A DNA stretch of 64,000 nt from an uncultured Candidatus Saccharibacteria bacterium (GCA_964359735.1 CAYHTZ010000001.1:1457-65456); one strand, 5' to 3'. Shown: positions 36,700-46,428, counted from the first letter of the stretch. Program-made: numbers and translations. The notes: a model not told the origin generated them from the letters alone.

Positions 36700-37710
36700 T
36701 TATTCTCCCAGACTCTTTTTGGGAATGAGATAATTCTGCACATAATCAGCAATGGCATCCTCCAGCTCCGTCATCTCTTCTCCATAGCCAGTGGCTCTGA
36801 GTTTAGAAATATCCGCCTGGGTAAAATTCTGGTACTGGTTTTTCAAGTTGGCCGGCATATCCACGTAGCGAATGTTCGGCATTTTCCCCACCGCGAAAAA
36901 CATCGCCCTCGCCACGTCGTTCCAACTCCTGGCTTTGCCAGTACCAACATTGTATATACCCGCGGCCTCGCGGTGATCCAGTAACCACAAAGTAGCAGCT
37001 AGTACATCTTTAATGTAAATGAAGTCTCGCTTCTGCTCGCCATCACCGAAGTCGGGGTGGTTCGACTTAAAGAGCTCAACCACTCCCTCCTGCTGCATCT
37101 GGTGAAACTTCTTAAACGGCACGCTAGCCATTTCTCCCTTGTGGTACTCATTAGGTCCAAACACATTAAAGTAGCGCACCCCCGCCACTCCGCCAGTTGG
37201 CGGATTGAGGTAGCCCCCGTCCCGCGCCCAAATATCTACCAGCAACTTGGATTTCCCATACAGGTTGAGCGGCACCAGTTCCCCAAAGAGAGCATGGTCA
37301 TCGCTGTATCCCCGCGCGCCATCGCCGTAGGTTGCCCCGCTTGAGGCATATACGCAGCGCGCCCCGCGGTCTGAACACCAGCGGATAATATCCTTAGAAT
37401 ACTCAACGTTATTATCCAACAAGTATTCCCAGTCCGTTTCCGTTGTACTGCTACATGCCCCCATGTGCAGTATGGCTTCGATGCCTGCCCCGCGAAGCCT
37501 CGGTGAAGTGGGGTCGTAATCGCCTGCCCGCAGCCTTTCTCGAAATTCTTTGATTCCAACCAACTCCTCATACTTGAGCGGAGCAATGTTGCACTCCTTC
37601 TCGTCGTGACCAACATCGTCTACCAAGAGAATATTGCTTTCTCCGCGCTCGTTTAAAGCCCATAACAGCGCCGAGCCGATAAAGCCCGCCGCGCCAGTGA
37701 TAACAATCAT
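36700..37710 (-). CDS. rfaD: ADP-L-glycero-D-manno-heptose 6-epimerase
   Basis: MIVITGAAGFIGS, GACSSTTE, RYFNVFGPNEYHKGEMAS, YQNFTQAD. Confidence 0.93.
   Translation of the reverse strand: MIVITGAAGFIGSALLWALNERGESNILLVDDVGHDEKECNIAPLKYEELVGIKEFRERLRAGDYDPTSPRLRGAGIEAILHMGACSSTTETDWEYLLDNNVEYSKDIIRWCSDRGARCVYASSGATYGDGARGYSDDHALFGELVPLNLYGKSKLLVDIWARDGGYLNPPTGGVAGVRYFNVFGPNEYHKGEMASVPFKKFHQMQQEGVVELFKSNHPDFGDGEQKRDFIYIKDVLAATLWLLDHREAAGIYNVGTGKARSWNDVARAMFFAVGKMPNIRYVDMPANLKNQYQNFTQADISKLRATGYGEEMTELEDAIADYVQNYLIPKKSLGE
37189..37204. repeat. Short palindrome in rfaD (PPTGG)
   Basis: TCCGCCA-GT-TGGCGGA. Confidence 0.5.
37483..37514 (-). repeat. Family A element in rfaD (PTSPRLRGAG)
   Basis: ACCCCACTTCACCGAGGCTTCGCGGGGCAGGC. 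Confidence 0.88.
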
Positions 37711-38219
37711 GTCCGTATCTTGGCGATGAGGCGCGTAGTTGACAAGTGATTGCGTCGCGGAGTGGTGTATCCTTTCGCCCCCACTTCTTGCATGGCGGGC
37801 CACTCAACCCACGTTTCCGGCAGGCCATAATCCGGGCCGTTGATATGCACGTGCGGTTTCACTGCTCGCACGAGCGCCTGCGGCACTCCGCCTCCATACG
37901 GGGCATCAATGACTATCACATAATCCACACACGCGAGCGCTGCTAACATAGCGGCGCGGGCTGCCTCAGGAATATAAGGACGGCTGGTCCCTTTCCCCTG
38001 CTGCACAGATTCATCTGAGTTCAGTCCCACGAATAACACATCGCCTTGGCGCCTCGCCTCTTCGAGCTGGTCAAGATGCCCGGCGTGTAAAAAGTCGAAC
38101 GAACCATTCACCGTCACAATCTTCTTGCCAGCACCCCGCAGCTCCCCAGCAACCTTGGCCGCCTCCTCGAGCGTTTTCATTTTCTCAGTCCGCCAGTTCG
38201 TTGTATCGAATTCAGGCAT
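37707..38219 (-). CDS. Heptose-1-phosphate adenylyltransferase (RfaE domain II / HldC-like)
   Basis: NGSFDFLHAGH, VGLNSDESV, KGxxRP, STTRLI. Confidence 0.88.
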   Translation of the reverse strand: MPEFDTTNWRTEKMKTLEEAAKVAGELRGAGKKIVTVNGSFDFLHAGHLDQLEEARRQGDVLFVGLNSDESVQQGKGTSRPYIPEAARAAMLAALACVDYVIVIDAPYGGGVPQALVRAVKPHVHINGPDYGLPETWVEWPAMQEVGAKGYTTPRRNHLSTTRLIAKIRT

Positions 38220-39207
38220 GTTTATGGACTACCATATTAAGCAATACCTCTGGGGTGATACCAACCGCTCCCACCCTACTGACTACTATAGCACCTGCCG
38301 CATTCGCGAGCTCAGCGGCTTCCACATCCGTCCCTCCCGCGAGCTTAGATAGTGCAATGGCCACCGCAGCCGTATCGCCAGCGCCGGAGGTGTCGGCTAC
38401 CTCCACTTCATGCTCCTGGCGTACATGGCGGCCTTCCCGATCCTTCCCCAGCACGTAGATGCCCTCTTCCGAGAGAGTGAGGTATATGTCTGATCCGAAT
38501 TTTTTGCGTAACTCCTGTGCCAATTCCTCCTTCGGTCTCCCCCCTTTATCGTACATATCTACTCCTAGATACTCATGCGCTTCTTTGCGATTAGGAGAAA
38601 TAATAGACACACCCACAAAGTATGCCGCCCGCGAAGGCTTTACGTCTGCCATGACCAACACATGTTCCTGTGTTTGCTTGCGCATAACAGCCTCTGCCAC
38701 TTTCGCCGTCACTACCCCCTTGGCGTAGTCAGACACAATAATCGCGTCGATATTTCCTACACTCTCCAGTGCCCGGAGCAATTCTTTTTCAATATCTTCT
38801 GGAATCTCCCGTGCCTCCTCATAATCAACTCTGAGCATTTGCTGGCTGCGTACGATATATCGAATCTTCTCAGTGGTGGGCCGGCTGGCGTCGCGCACCA
38901 GGTTAAGTTCATAGCCTTCCTCGCGAGCCGCTGCCTCCACGCGCCGGGCGATATCGTCATCACCCACCACCCCGATTAGCACCGCCTTAGCCCCTAGGGT
39001 TGCCACGTTCTTAGCTGTGTTGCCGGCCCCCCCCGTGGCGTATTTCTCCTCCTTGGCATGCAAAATTGGCACTGGCGCTTCAGGGTTAAGCCGCTCCACG
39101 TTGCCGAATACATACCGGTCCAACATGACGTCGCCCACCACCAGTACACGTTTGCCCGCGAACTGATCAATTATTTCCTTGGCTCGCTTCGGGTTCAAAG
39201 GATTCAC
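38212..39207 (-). CDS. Heptose-7-phosphate kinase (RfaE domain I / HldA-like, PfkB family)
   Basis: VVGDVMLDRY, PEAPVP, SDYAKG, DTSGAGD. Confidence 0.9.
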   Translation of the reverse strand: MNPLNPKRAKEIIDQFAGKRVLVVGDVMLDRYVFGNVERLNPEAPVPILHAKEEKYATGGAGNTAKNVATLGAKAVLIGVVGDDDIARRVEAAAREEGYELNLVRDASRPTTEKIRYIVRSQQMLRVDYEEAREIPEDIEKELLRALESVGNIDAIIVSDYAKGVVTAKVAEAVMRKQTQEHVLVMADVKPSRAAYFVGVSIISPNRKEAHEYLGVDMYDKGGRPKEELAQELRKKFGSDIYLTLSEEGIYVLGKDREGRHVRQEHEVEVADTSGAGDTAAVAIALSKLAGGTDVEAAELANAAGAIVVSRVGAVGITPEVLLNMVVHKHA

Positions 39208-39739
39208 AAATTAAGTGTATAGCGTGCAAATGGAGCTCCTGCATGCGGGATGGCGTCTCACTCGGGGAGATAACCGCATAGTCGGCCGTATTCTTGAACG
39301 TGCCGCGCGGCCCGGTAAATGCAATCACTGTCATACCTTGATCGTGCGCAGCTTCAGCAGCCTTCAAAATATTCTTGGAAGTACCTGAAGTCGTGAGCCC
39401 AATAAAAATGTCTCCCTCATTCCCCAGCGCCCGCACCTGCCGAGCGAATACTTCTTCGTACCCGTAATCATTGCCAATACAGGTAATGACAGCGCCATCG
39501 GCCGTAAGCGCTACCACGGGATAGGCCGGCCGGTCCTCCTTGTAGCGGCCCACCATCTCATCAGAAAAATGTAGGGCTTCGGCCGCACTACCGCCATTGC
39601 CAGCCACCAAAACCTTATTCCCATTCCCAAATGCCTCTTTCAGCTGTTGCACCACCATGGCTACTTGTCCATGAAATTCTCCCAGATTACCGAGCACTGC
39701 TTGCAATTCCTGCGAATGTTTTTGGAACACATCTTTCAT
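39167..39739 (-). CDS. gmhA: Sedoheptulose-7-phosphate isomerase
   Basis: AGNGGSAA, IGNDYGY, TTSGTS, RMQELH. Confidence 0.93.
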   Translation of the reverse strand: MKDVFQKHSQELQAVLGNLGEFHGQVAMVVQQLKEAFGNGNKVLVAGNGGSAAEALHFSDEMVGRYKEDRPAYPVVALTADGAVITCIGNDYGYEEVFARQVRALGNEGDIFIGLTTSGTSKNILKAAEAAHDQGMTVIAFTGPRGTFKNTADYAVISPSETPSRMQELHLHAIHLICESFEPEASQGNN

Positions 39740-39754
39740 AGGCGCTAACAGTAC

Positions 39755-40624
39755 CTACATTGTAGCCGAAGTCAAATACTCCTGCAGCGCGTCTTGCCAA
39801 TGGCGCAGCTTCGGTCCGCGCGTGTTCTGAAGAATACTGTATTTCGGCCGCTTAGCCGGTCGTACAAACTTATCCGAGGTGGTCGGCTGTACATCCACCG
39901 AGATTCCCGCCGTCTCAAAAATCTTCTTCGCAAAATCATACCACGTGGTCTCACCAAAGTTCACCGCGTGGTAAATTCCTGGCGGATACTTTTCCCGATT
40001 CTCTAAAACAGCCCGGGTGGCCCCTGCCACATCCTTCGTAAACGTCGGGCTGCCGTGCTGGTCATCAACTACCTGCAACGCAGGTAACCCTGAGCTTGTC
40101 GAAGGGCTGCTTCGCTCTTTGCCCAGCTTCAGCATAGTATCCACAAAGTTTTTACCCCCCGGCCCATAGAGCCAAGCCGTGCGCAGAAGATAAAATCGTC
40201 CACCTACTTCCTTCAGCGCGCGCTCACCCGCCAGTTTGGATTGGCCGTAATAGTTAACCGCCGGCCCCGGCGCGTCGTCCTCGGCATAGCCCGTTTTCTT
40301 ATCGCCCGGGAACACGTAGTCAGTACTATAGTGCACCAATGGAATATCCAACTCTTTGGCCACACTCGCCAAGTAGCGCACCGCGTTTCCGTTTACCGTA
40401 AGACAAACCTCTTGGTTCGCTGAATCCTCTGCGCCATCGACATTGGTGTAGGCAGCCGCATTTACAACTACATTAGGGCGAAGTTCGATGACTTTCTGCC
40501 GCACTTCCGCTTCGTTGGTAATGTTGAGCTCTTCCTTATCCCATGGCGCAACGTCCCAGTCGTTCAACACTTTTTGCAGCATGCCCCCAAGCATACCCTT
40601 GGCACCTAAGATCAACACCTTCAT
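39755..40624 (-). CDS. rfbD: dTDP-4-dehydrorhamnose reductase
   Basis: GAKGMLG, AAYTNVD, STDYVF, YGQSK, DQHGSPT, AKRP. Confidence 0.93.
   Translation of the reverse strand: MKVLILGAKGMLGGMLQKVLNDWDVAPWDKEELNITNEAEVRQKVIELRPNVVVNAAAYTNVDGAEDSANQEVCLTVNGNAVRYLASVAKELDIPLVHYSTDYVFPGDKKTGYAEDDAPGPAVNYYGQSKLAGERALKEVGGRFYLLRTAWLYGPGGKNFVDTMLKLGKERSSPSTSSGLPALQVVDDQHGSPTFTKDVAGATRAVLENREKYPPGIYHAVNFGETTWYDFAKKIFETAGISVDVQPTTSDKFVRPAKRPKYSILQNTRGPKLRHWQDALQEYLTSATM
40088..40106 (-). repeat. Family B element in rfbD (PSTSSG)
   Basis: CCCTTCGACAAGCTCAGGG. Confidence 0.85.
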
Positions 40625-40676
40625 ATAACGAAATTATTATATCAGACTCTTCAGTCAGTTTTGCACCTACCAATCA

Positions 40677-40706
40677 ATGTTACAATTAATCGATATATTG
40701 TAACAT
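40677..40706. promoter_or_regulatory. Operator-like inverted repeat overlapping the -10 element of the TrpR-like gene
   Basis: ATGTTACAAT-N10-ATTGTAACAT; contains an 18-mer repeated at 41201. Confidence 0.7.
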
Positions 40707-40712
40707 AAGCCT

Positions 40713-41189
40713 ATGGGAAAAGTGGATTACACAACTGTGCCAACTCCAGAACGGCAGACGATGATTCGAGAGCTCGCCAAGTTTCTTCTCTCAGTCAAGG
40801 ATGAGAAAGACATGATCCAAGTACTGTACCGTCTTCTCACCCACAGTGAAGTTGTTATGCTCGGCCGCCGCTTGCAAATCGCGGAGGAGCTTCTGCAAGG
40901 AAGTCCCTATCACACGATCCGCGAAAAACTCAAAGTCGGCATTACGACCATTAAGTCGATCGACAACTGGCTCGAATACGCCGTTCGCGACTACGACATG
41001 TATCGAAGCAAAAAACACCATGAGGAAACAACTCGAGAAGCGCGGGAACGATCCCGACAGCGCCTTGAACCTGGTATGCCGGGGTCCTTTACACACCTTC
41101 GCCGCAGTCATCCTGGCCACTTTCTACTTCTCAATCTTCTCCTTGACCTCCCTTCGAAAAATCCTAAACCAAGCAAAGCGAAATCATGA
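40713..41189 (+). CDS. YerC/YecD-like TrpR-family HTH protein
   Basis: LLTHSEVVMLGRRLQIAEELLQGSPYHTIREKLKVGITTI. Confidence 0.85.
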   Translation: MGKVDYTTVPTPERQTMIRELAKFLLSVKDEKDMIQVLYRLLTHSEVVMLGRRLQIAEELLQGSPYHTIREKLKVGITTIKSIDNWLEYAVRDYDMYRSKKHHEETTREARERSRQRLEPGMPGSFTHLRRSHPGHFLLLNLLLDLPSKNPKPSKAKS

Positions 41190-41200
41190 TCTGGTGTACA

Positions 41201-41228
41201 TACAATTAATCGATATATCGATTAATTG
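41201..41228. promoter_or_regulatory. Perfect 26-bp palindrome downstream of the TrpR-like gene
   Basis: CAATTAATCGATA|TATCGATTAATTG at 41203-41228. Confidence 0.7.
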
Positions 41229-41246
41229 ATACAGGAACCAAACTCC

Positions 41247-41600
41247 CTATTCTGCTTTGACGCGGACAAAGAAGTACTCGCTCGTCTCGTTACCAGTCGC
41301 CTCAATTTTGTGTCGGCCACCTGCAGGAATTGTTACGACATCTCCTTTCCGGTAATCCACTACCTCAGCCTCAAAGTAAAATTTGCCCTCCCCACGCAGC
41401 ACAACAAAGAACTCATCTACAGTGTCGTGAGAGTGCCAGTCAAATACTGAGCCTGATTCCAGATATCCCTTCGTCATGGCCTCAACATGCGAGCCTACTA
41501 GCATATCTGATGTGATCAGGACTTGCCTCGAACCTGATCCCCCATGCGCTTGTTCAATTGGAATATCGCCAAGGTTTCGCTTGGTAAATCGCTTCGTCAT
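41247..41600 (-). CDS. Cupin domain protein
   Basis: HSH...EFFVVLRGEG and IPAGGRH; start MTKRF overlaps the transaldolase stop. Confidence 0.85.
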   Translation of the reverse strand: MTKRFTKRNLGDIPIEQAHGGSGSRQVLITSDMLVGSHVEAMTKGYLESGSVFDWHSHDTVDEFFVVLRGEGKFYFEAEVVDYRKGDVVTIPAGGRHKIEATGNETSEYFFVRVKAE

Positions 41601-42463
41601 TTCAGAAGCGCATTCCAATCGTCCGAGAATCGCTTCAAACCCACGTCGGTCAGCTCGTGATGCAAGTTATACTCGCGCCACGGTTTCCCCAGCTCAATCT
41701 CCTCATAAGAGATATCTTTACCTTCAAATACATAAGTAAAATTTTCATCAGGTAGCGGAAACCCAGCATCTGCCCATAGCTGAAATCGCTCGTAGTTAAT
41801 TGTTAAAATATCAGCCCCCGCTTGGATGATCGCCAAAATATTCTCTACCCGCCGAAAACTCGCTGCCAATACTTTCACATGACCATCACCCTGCTTCAAC
41901 ATGCGTACTACATTACTCACAAATTGCACACCGTTCTCTCCCCGGTCATCTAACCTGCCCACAAAGGGAGAGATCACAACGGGCTCTTTTGCCCCCGCTG
42001 TGGCGGAATATACTGCAGCGGCCTGCTGCTGCGAAAAGCAAAGTGTCATATTAAGCCGAAGTTCGTTCTTCAACGTTTCCGCTGCTATTAGCCCCTGCTT
42101 GACCGTTGGCAATTTAATCCTGGCTGTTGGTATCCAGGTATACATTTCCCGAGCTTGGCGAATCATCTCTTCCGCCAATGTGGTTGCATCAGCATACACC
42201 TCTACCGAAATATCACCTCCGGGAATAATCTCCAGCAGCTTTTCTACGGCCTCACGATAGGCCCCGAGCAACTCCTCACGGGTGTACTTTTTCCCTTCTT
42301 TGATACGTGTCTGAACTTCAGGATTCTTGGCAAAATAGGAAGGATTAGTGGTAGCACCGTCTAAACCACCATATCCCGCACCCTGCACCATACCCTGAAC
42401 CTTCTCCGCCTCGCCGGGGTCCCCGGTATCAACAAAGAGACTTGCTTGTGTAAGTCGCTTCAT
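41597..42463 (-). CDS. tal: Transaldolase family protein
   Basis: FVDTGD, GATTNPS, IKLP, NMTLCFS, SPFVGRLDD, LAASFR. Confidence 0.9.
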   Translation of the reverse strand: MKRLTQASLFVDTGDPGEAEKVQGMVQGAGYGGLDGATTNPSYFAKNPEVQTRIKEGKKYTREELLGAYREAVEKLLEIIPGGDISVEVYADATTLAEEMIRQAREMYTWIPTARIKLPTVKQGLIAAETLKNELRLNMTLCFSQQQAAAVYSATAGAKEPVVISPFVGRLDDRGENGVQFVSNVVRMLKQGDGHVKVLAASFRRVENILAIIQAGADILTINYERFQLWADAGFPLPDENFTYVFEGKDISYEEIELGKPWREYNLHHELTDVGLKRFSDDWNALLK

Positions 42464-43386
42464 TTCAAGAATGATTTAGTCGTCTGATAGATTCCCTCGG
42501 CATCAATCCCGAGTTTACCGATCAGATCAGCATATTTCCCAGATTCTCCGAATTGTGTCACACCAATGCGCTTCAAGCGCGTCGGCTGATACTCTGAGAG
42601 AACCTCTGCCACGGCAGAGCCTAAGCCCCCGTTAATATTGTGGTCCTCGACTGTTACCACCTTCCCAGTTTTCTTCGCCGAGGCGGCCACAGTTTTCGCA
42701 TCGATTGGCTGAAGGGTATGAACATTCACCACTTCGGCATCGATCCCCCCACCCTTCAGCTTCTCCGCAGCCTCCAACGCAAAAGCTACTTGCGGCCCGG
42801 TGCCTATAATTGTCACATCTTTCCCGGGGCGCACCACCTTGGCTTTGCCGATGGCAAATTTCTCTTGAGGTTTCGTAAAGAGAGACGTCGGTTCGCGGTA
42901 GAGTCGCAGATACACCGGCCCTTTGGCGGCCACTACAGCTTTCAGTGCCTGCTTCATTTCATTCGCGTCTGCCGGAAATATCACTGTCATATTGGGAAGG
43001 GCCCGCATATATGCGAGGTCTTCCAGAGCATGGGCGCTGCCGCCATCAAGCGCATTCGAAACTCCTCCGTGGGAGCCCACCATCACCGCGTGGACATTAT
43101 TCTGGCAGATTTGCATGCGGATATGGTCGAATGCCCGCGTCATAAAGATTCCAAATGTCCCCGCCACCGGTATATAACCAGCCAGAGCCAATCCAGCGGA
43201 AACTCCGGCCATGTTCGCCTCAGCCACACCGGTATCAATGAACCGCTCGGGCATTTCCTCCCGAATTTTCAGCATGCGTAGGCTCTCGCCCAAATCGGCT
43301 GTGAGCGCCACAACCTTCTCATTCTTTTCCATGATTTCGTATAACCCATCCCCGAATGCCTGCCGTGTTGCCACCAGTTCTTTCAT
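42460..43386 (-). CDS. Transketolase, C-terminal (pyrimidine-binding) subunit
   Basis: GVAEANM, DGGSAH, VEDHNINGGLGSAV. Confidence 0.92.
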   Translation of the reverse strand: MKELVATRQAFGDGLYEIMEKNEKVVALTADLGESLRMLKIREEMPERFIDTGVAEANMAGVSAGLALAGYIPVAGTFGIFMTRAFDHIRMQICQNNVHAVMVGSHGGVSNALDGGSAHALEDLAYMRALPNMTVIFPADANEMKQALKAVVAAKGPVYLRLYREPTSLFTKPQEKFAIGKAKVVRPGKDVTIIGTGPQVAFALEAAEKLKGGGIDAEVVNVHTLQPIDAKTVAASAKKTGKVVTVEDHNINGGLGSAVAEVLSEYQPTRLKRIGVTQFGESGKYADLIGKLGIDAEGIYQTTKSFLK

Positions 43387-44207
43387 GCAAGTTCCTTCTT
43401 AGCAATTTCATATTGTTCAGCCGATATCGCCCCCGCGTGCCAGTGGTCGCTGCCTTCCATGTAAGAAACCCCTTTGCCGCGCACCGTGTGCGAGATTAAG
43501 ACCGTCGGCCCTTCCATTCCTTTTGCATCTTGAAACGCGCGCAGCACCGCCTCGATATCATGGCCATCCACTTCAATCACATTCCAGTTAAAAGCCTGGT
43601 ACTTATCTGGGAGAGGATCAAGCGTAGGCATGACGTCCTCCGTGGCCCCATCGATCTGAAACTTGTTTTTGTCGACAATCGCCACTAAATTATTCAGCCC
43701 AAGCTTTGGGGCCAGCATGACTGCTTCCCAGGTTGAGCCTTCCTGCTGCTCGCCATCGCTCATCATAACGTAGATGCGATTGCCTTTCTTCTGCAGCCTA
43801 TGCGCATACGCGAGCCCGATGCCCACCGAAAGGCCTTGCCCCAGGCTGCCCGATGAGATCTCAATCCCTGGTAAGCTCCCTCGGTGAGGGTGGCCTTGCA
43901 CGCGAGCGCCCAGCTGCCTCAAGTTCTTCAATTCTTTCTTGGGAAAGTACCCCGACTCTGCTAAAACTACATACAATCCCGGGCACGCGTGGCCATTACT
44001 CAGTAAGAAGTAATCCCGCGCAGGGTCCTGGGGCTTCTTCGGGTCATGGCGCAGAACTCCGCCAAAGTAGAGTGCCACTAATACCTCCATGATCGACAGG
44101 GCGCTCCCCGGATGCCCCGACTGCGCTGCATATAACATTCCAATCGCATCCCACTTGAGTTTTCGTACCAACGGTGCCAGCTCGTCAACTTTCATCATAG
44201 GCATCAT
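43383..44207 (-). CDS. Transketolase, N-terminal (TPP-binding) subunit
   Basis: SGHPG, SNGHA, GSLGQG, SDGEQQEG. Confidence 0.92.
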   Translation of the reverse strand: MMPMMKVDELAPLVRKLKWDAIGMLYAAQSGHPGSALSIMEVLVALYFGGVLRHDPKKPQDPARDYFLLSNGHACPGLYVVLAESGYFPKKELKNLRQLGARVQGHPHRGSLPGIEISSGSLGQGLSVGIGLAYAHRLQKKGNRIYVMMSDGEQQEGSTWEAVMLAPKLGLNNLVAIVDKNKFQIDGATEDVMPTLDPLPDKYQAFNWNVIEVDGHDIEAVLRAFQDAKGMEGPTVLISHTVRGKGVSYMEGSDHWHAGAISAEQYEIAKKELA

Positions 44208-44210
44208 ACG

Positions 44211-45158
44211 TTAGGGCTGCGTCTTCATCCAGTCCATTAAACGTTGTGCACCTTCGGCCAGGGAAACCTTCGGGTTATAGCCCAGCATCTCCCGCGCCTT
44301 ATCAATGTTGGCATAGGTAATCGTCAGTTCCCCCTCTGGCGCCTCGCGCGCCTCAATGCGCGGAGTTTTATGGGCGGCGCGGGAGAGCGCCGCCACCAAC
44401 TCGTGCAGCGACTGCGGCTCTCCTCTACCAATATTGAAAATTTCAAACGCAAATTGACGCTGCGTTGCGGCCATCACCCCGGCCACTACATCATCGATAT
44501 ACGTAAGATCGCGCTTCCTTCCCTCAGTAACATAGAGCGGCTCATCGTTCAGAATTTGCCGGGCGAAAACCGCGGGCGCCATATCCGGCCTGCCCCACGG
44601 GCCGTACACGCTGAAGAAACGCAGCACCGTCATCGGCAAACCGTGCAGCTCATGCCACATAGCGCAAAACGCCTCCGCCGATGCCTTAGACGCTCCATAC
44701 GGAGAGCGAGGCAGGAGCGGCCACATATCTTCTTTAAACGGCGTTTGCTCGTCGTTATACACGCTCGAACTCCCCGCAAAAATGAAGCGGGGAATTTCAT
44801 GCACGGAAGCTGCCTCCAGCACATTTACCGTACCCAAGACGTTAACCAGCGTATATTCTTGCGCGCTTTCAAGACTGCGCGCCGGATTGGCGAGAGCGGC
44901 AAAATGCAGCACGGTGTCGAACTTTTCCTCCGTAAACACCGTATTCAGAAGCTGGGAGTCTAAGACATTACCAACGACGAGGCGCGGTCGCTCTGATTGC
45001 TGGGGAAAGAGGTGGCTGAGCCGCACTTCCTTGAGCTCCGCCGGATACAAGAAGCTATTCATGTCGTCGTACAGCACAACCGTATCTCCCCGGTCTACCA
45101 AGGCGCGCGAGACAAATGCCCCAATAAACCCCGCCCCGCCTGTGATGAGCACCTTCAT
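44211..45158 (-). CDS. UDP-glucuronate 4-epimerase-like SDR
   Basis: GGAGFIG, SSSVY, YGASK, RFFSVYGPWGRPDMA. Confidence 0.85.
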   Translation of the reverse strand: MKVLITGGAGFIGAFVSRALVDRGDTVVLYDDMNSFLYPAELKEVRLSHLFPQQSERPRLVVGNVLDSQLLNTVFTEEKFDTVLHFAALANPARSLESAQEYTLVNVLGTVNVLEAASVHEIPRFIFAGSSSVYNDEQTPFKEDMWPLLPRSPYGASKASAEAFCAMWHELHGLPMTVLRFFSVYGPWGRPDMAPAVFARQILNDEPLYVTEGRKRDLTYIDDVVAGVMAATQRQFAFEIFNIGRGEPQSLHELVAALSRAAHKTPRIEAREAPEGELTITYANIDKAREMLGYNPKVSLAEGAQRLMDWMKTQP

Positions 45159-45709
45159 ACAGTGAAATTACTTTCGGCGCTCGCAAGCCCCGGGTACACC
45201 TGGTCTTTGCCGGATAGTACGGGAGTAGATGTCGGCCAAGGGATACCGAGCGCGGGATCATTCCAGATAATTCCACGCTCACGTTCAGGAGAGTACACGT
45301 CGGTCACATAGTACATAACCTCGGCTGTCTCCGACGTCACACAAAAACCGTGGGCAAACCCCTCTGGCACGTAAACCAGGTTTTTCTTCGCGGACGACAG
45401 CTGCAGACTCACCCATCTCCCGAAAGTGGGGGAACCTTTGCGGATATCCACGGCTACATCAAAAACTTCCCCTGAGATAGCCGTGAGTAACTTCCCTTGG
45501 GCTTTCGGGTTGAGCTGGTAATGCAAACCTCGGAGAACGTTCCGGGAACTCCGGGAATAATTAAACTGCACGAATTGGACCTCTATACCCGCCTCAACAA
45601 AATCCTTTTCCTTATACATCTCCGCAAAGCCGCCGCGCTCATCCCCAAATACCTGTGGAATTACCTCAACTACGTCCGGAATTTCAAGCGGCCGAAATTG
45701 AAAAGCCAT
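45155..45709 (-). CDS. rfbC: dTDP-4-dehydrorhamnose 3,5-epimerase
   Basis: DERG, LRGLHYQ, DVAVDIRKGSPTFG, GFAHGF. Confidence 0.95.
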   Translation of the reverse strand: MAFQFRPLEIPDVVEVIPQVFGDERGGFAEMYKEKDFVEAGIEVQFVQFNYSRSSRNVLRGLHYQLNPKAQGKLLTAISGEVFDVAVDIRKGSPTFGRWVSLQLSSAKKNLVYVPEGFAHGFCVTSETAEVMYYVTDVYSPERERGIIWNDPALGIPWPTSTPVLSGKDQVYPGLASAESNFTV

Positions 45710-45721
45710 GCTACGAGAATA

Positions 45722-46072
45722 TCACTTCCGCTGCTGCTTCACCAAGAAATCATCAAGCCACTGCCGTGCTTGCTCAGAGGAAAAAATATGGTCTTCCACC
45801 CGAAATGGCGCGGCTGGTTTCTCTTTCATTTCGGAAACCGCCGGAGGTTCGGGTAAGGTCGCGGAGGAACCTGGCTGCTCTCCCCCGTTCCATCTTCGAT
45901 ACGTCCCAGTAAACCCAAACCAACCCACTGCCAGGCCAAGAGCCGCAAAAAACACAATCACCCGGAACGGCAGGTCTAAAGCAACACCTAAGGCCAGGCC
46001 CGAGAGGAGCCCAATCAGGCTCCAGGCGGCTCCGGCCGCAAACGATGGTACTTGAGGGCTCTTATTGTTCAT
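45722..46072 (-). CDS. Hypothetical two-TM membrane protein
   Basis: Two hydrophobic helices; packed against rfbC. Confidence 0.65.
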   Translation of the reverse strand: MNNKSPQVPSFAAGAAWSLIGLLSGLALGVALDLPFRVIVFFAALGLAVGWFGFTGTYRRWNGGEQPGSSATLPEPPAVSEMKEKPAAPFRVEDHIFSSEQARQWLDDFLVKQQRK

Positions 46073-46140
46073 AAACGCGCCATCGTAAGCTATTGCGCCC
46101 CGTTTGGCAACAGGAGTACACTAGTGGTATACAAACGGCC

Positions 46141-46416
46141 ATGGACAAGAATAAATTCACAACCGGGCTGTTAGCACAGGTGTGGCGGGTGGACCGCCGG
46201 GGATCTGGCCGCGGAAAAGACGCGCAGCTGCGCCTGGTTCATATTGAGTTCCGCATCGAGAAAGCGCGCCGGGTGTTGCAGCAGATCGAGCAGCACGCTG
46301 AGAAAGCCCTCGAAGAGGTTGAACAAGCCCAGCGCCGCTTTGAAGCTATCAAGGATTCTTTTACCTCTCTCCAACAAGAGTGGAGAAACTGGAAAAACGA
46401 GCAGGATAACAATTAA
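46141..46416 (+). CDS. Hypothetical coiled-coil protein
   Basis: Helical Q/E-rich ORF; ATG at 46141. Confidence 0.55.
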   Translation: MDKNKFTTGLLAQVWRVDRRGSGRGKDAQLRLVHIEFRIEKARRVLQQIEQHAEKALEEVEQAQRRFEAIKDSFTSLQQEWRNWKNEQDNN

Positions 46417-46428
46417 GACGGAATCTGC

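Noticed and set aside
41203-41228. Downstream palindrome as a simple intrinsic terminator
   Set aside because: It is AT-rich, has no loop or U-tract, and matches the upstream promoter site exactly; a protein-binding site fits better, though termination is not excluded.
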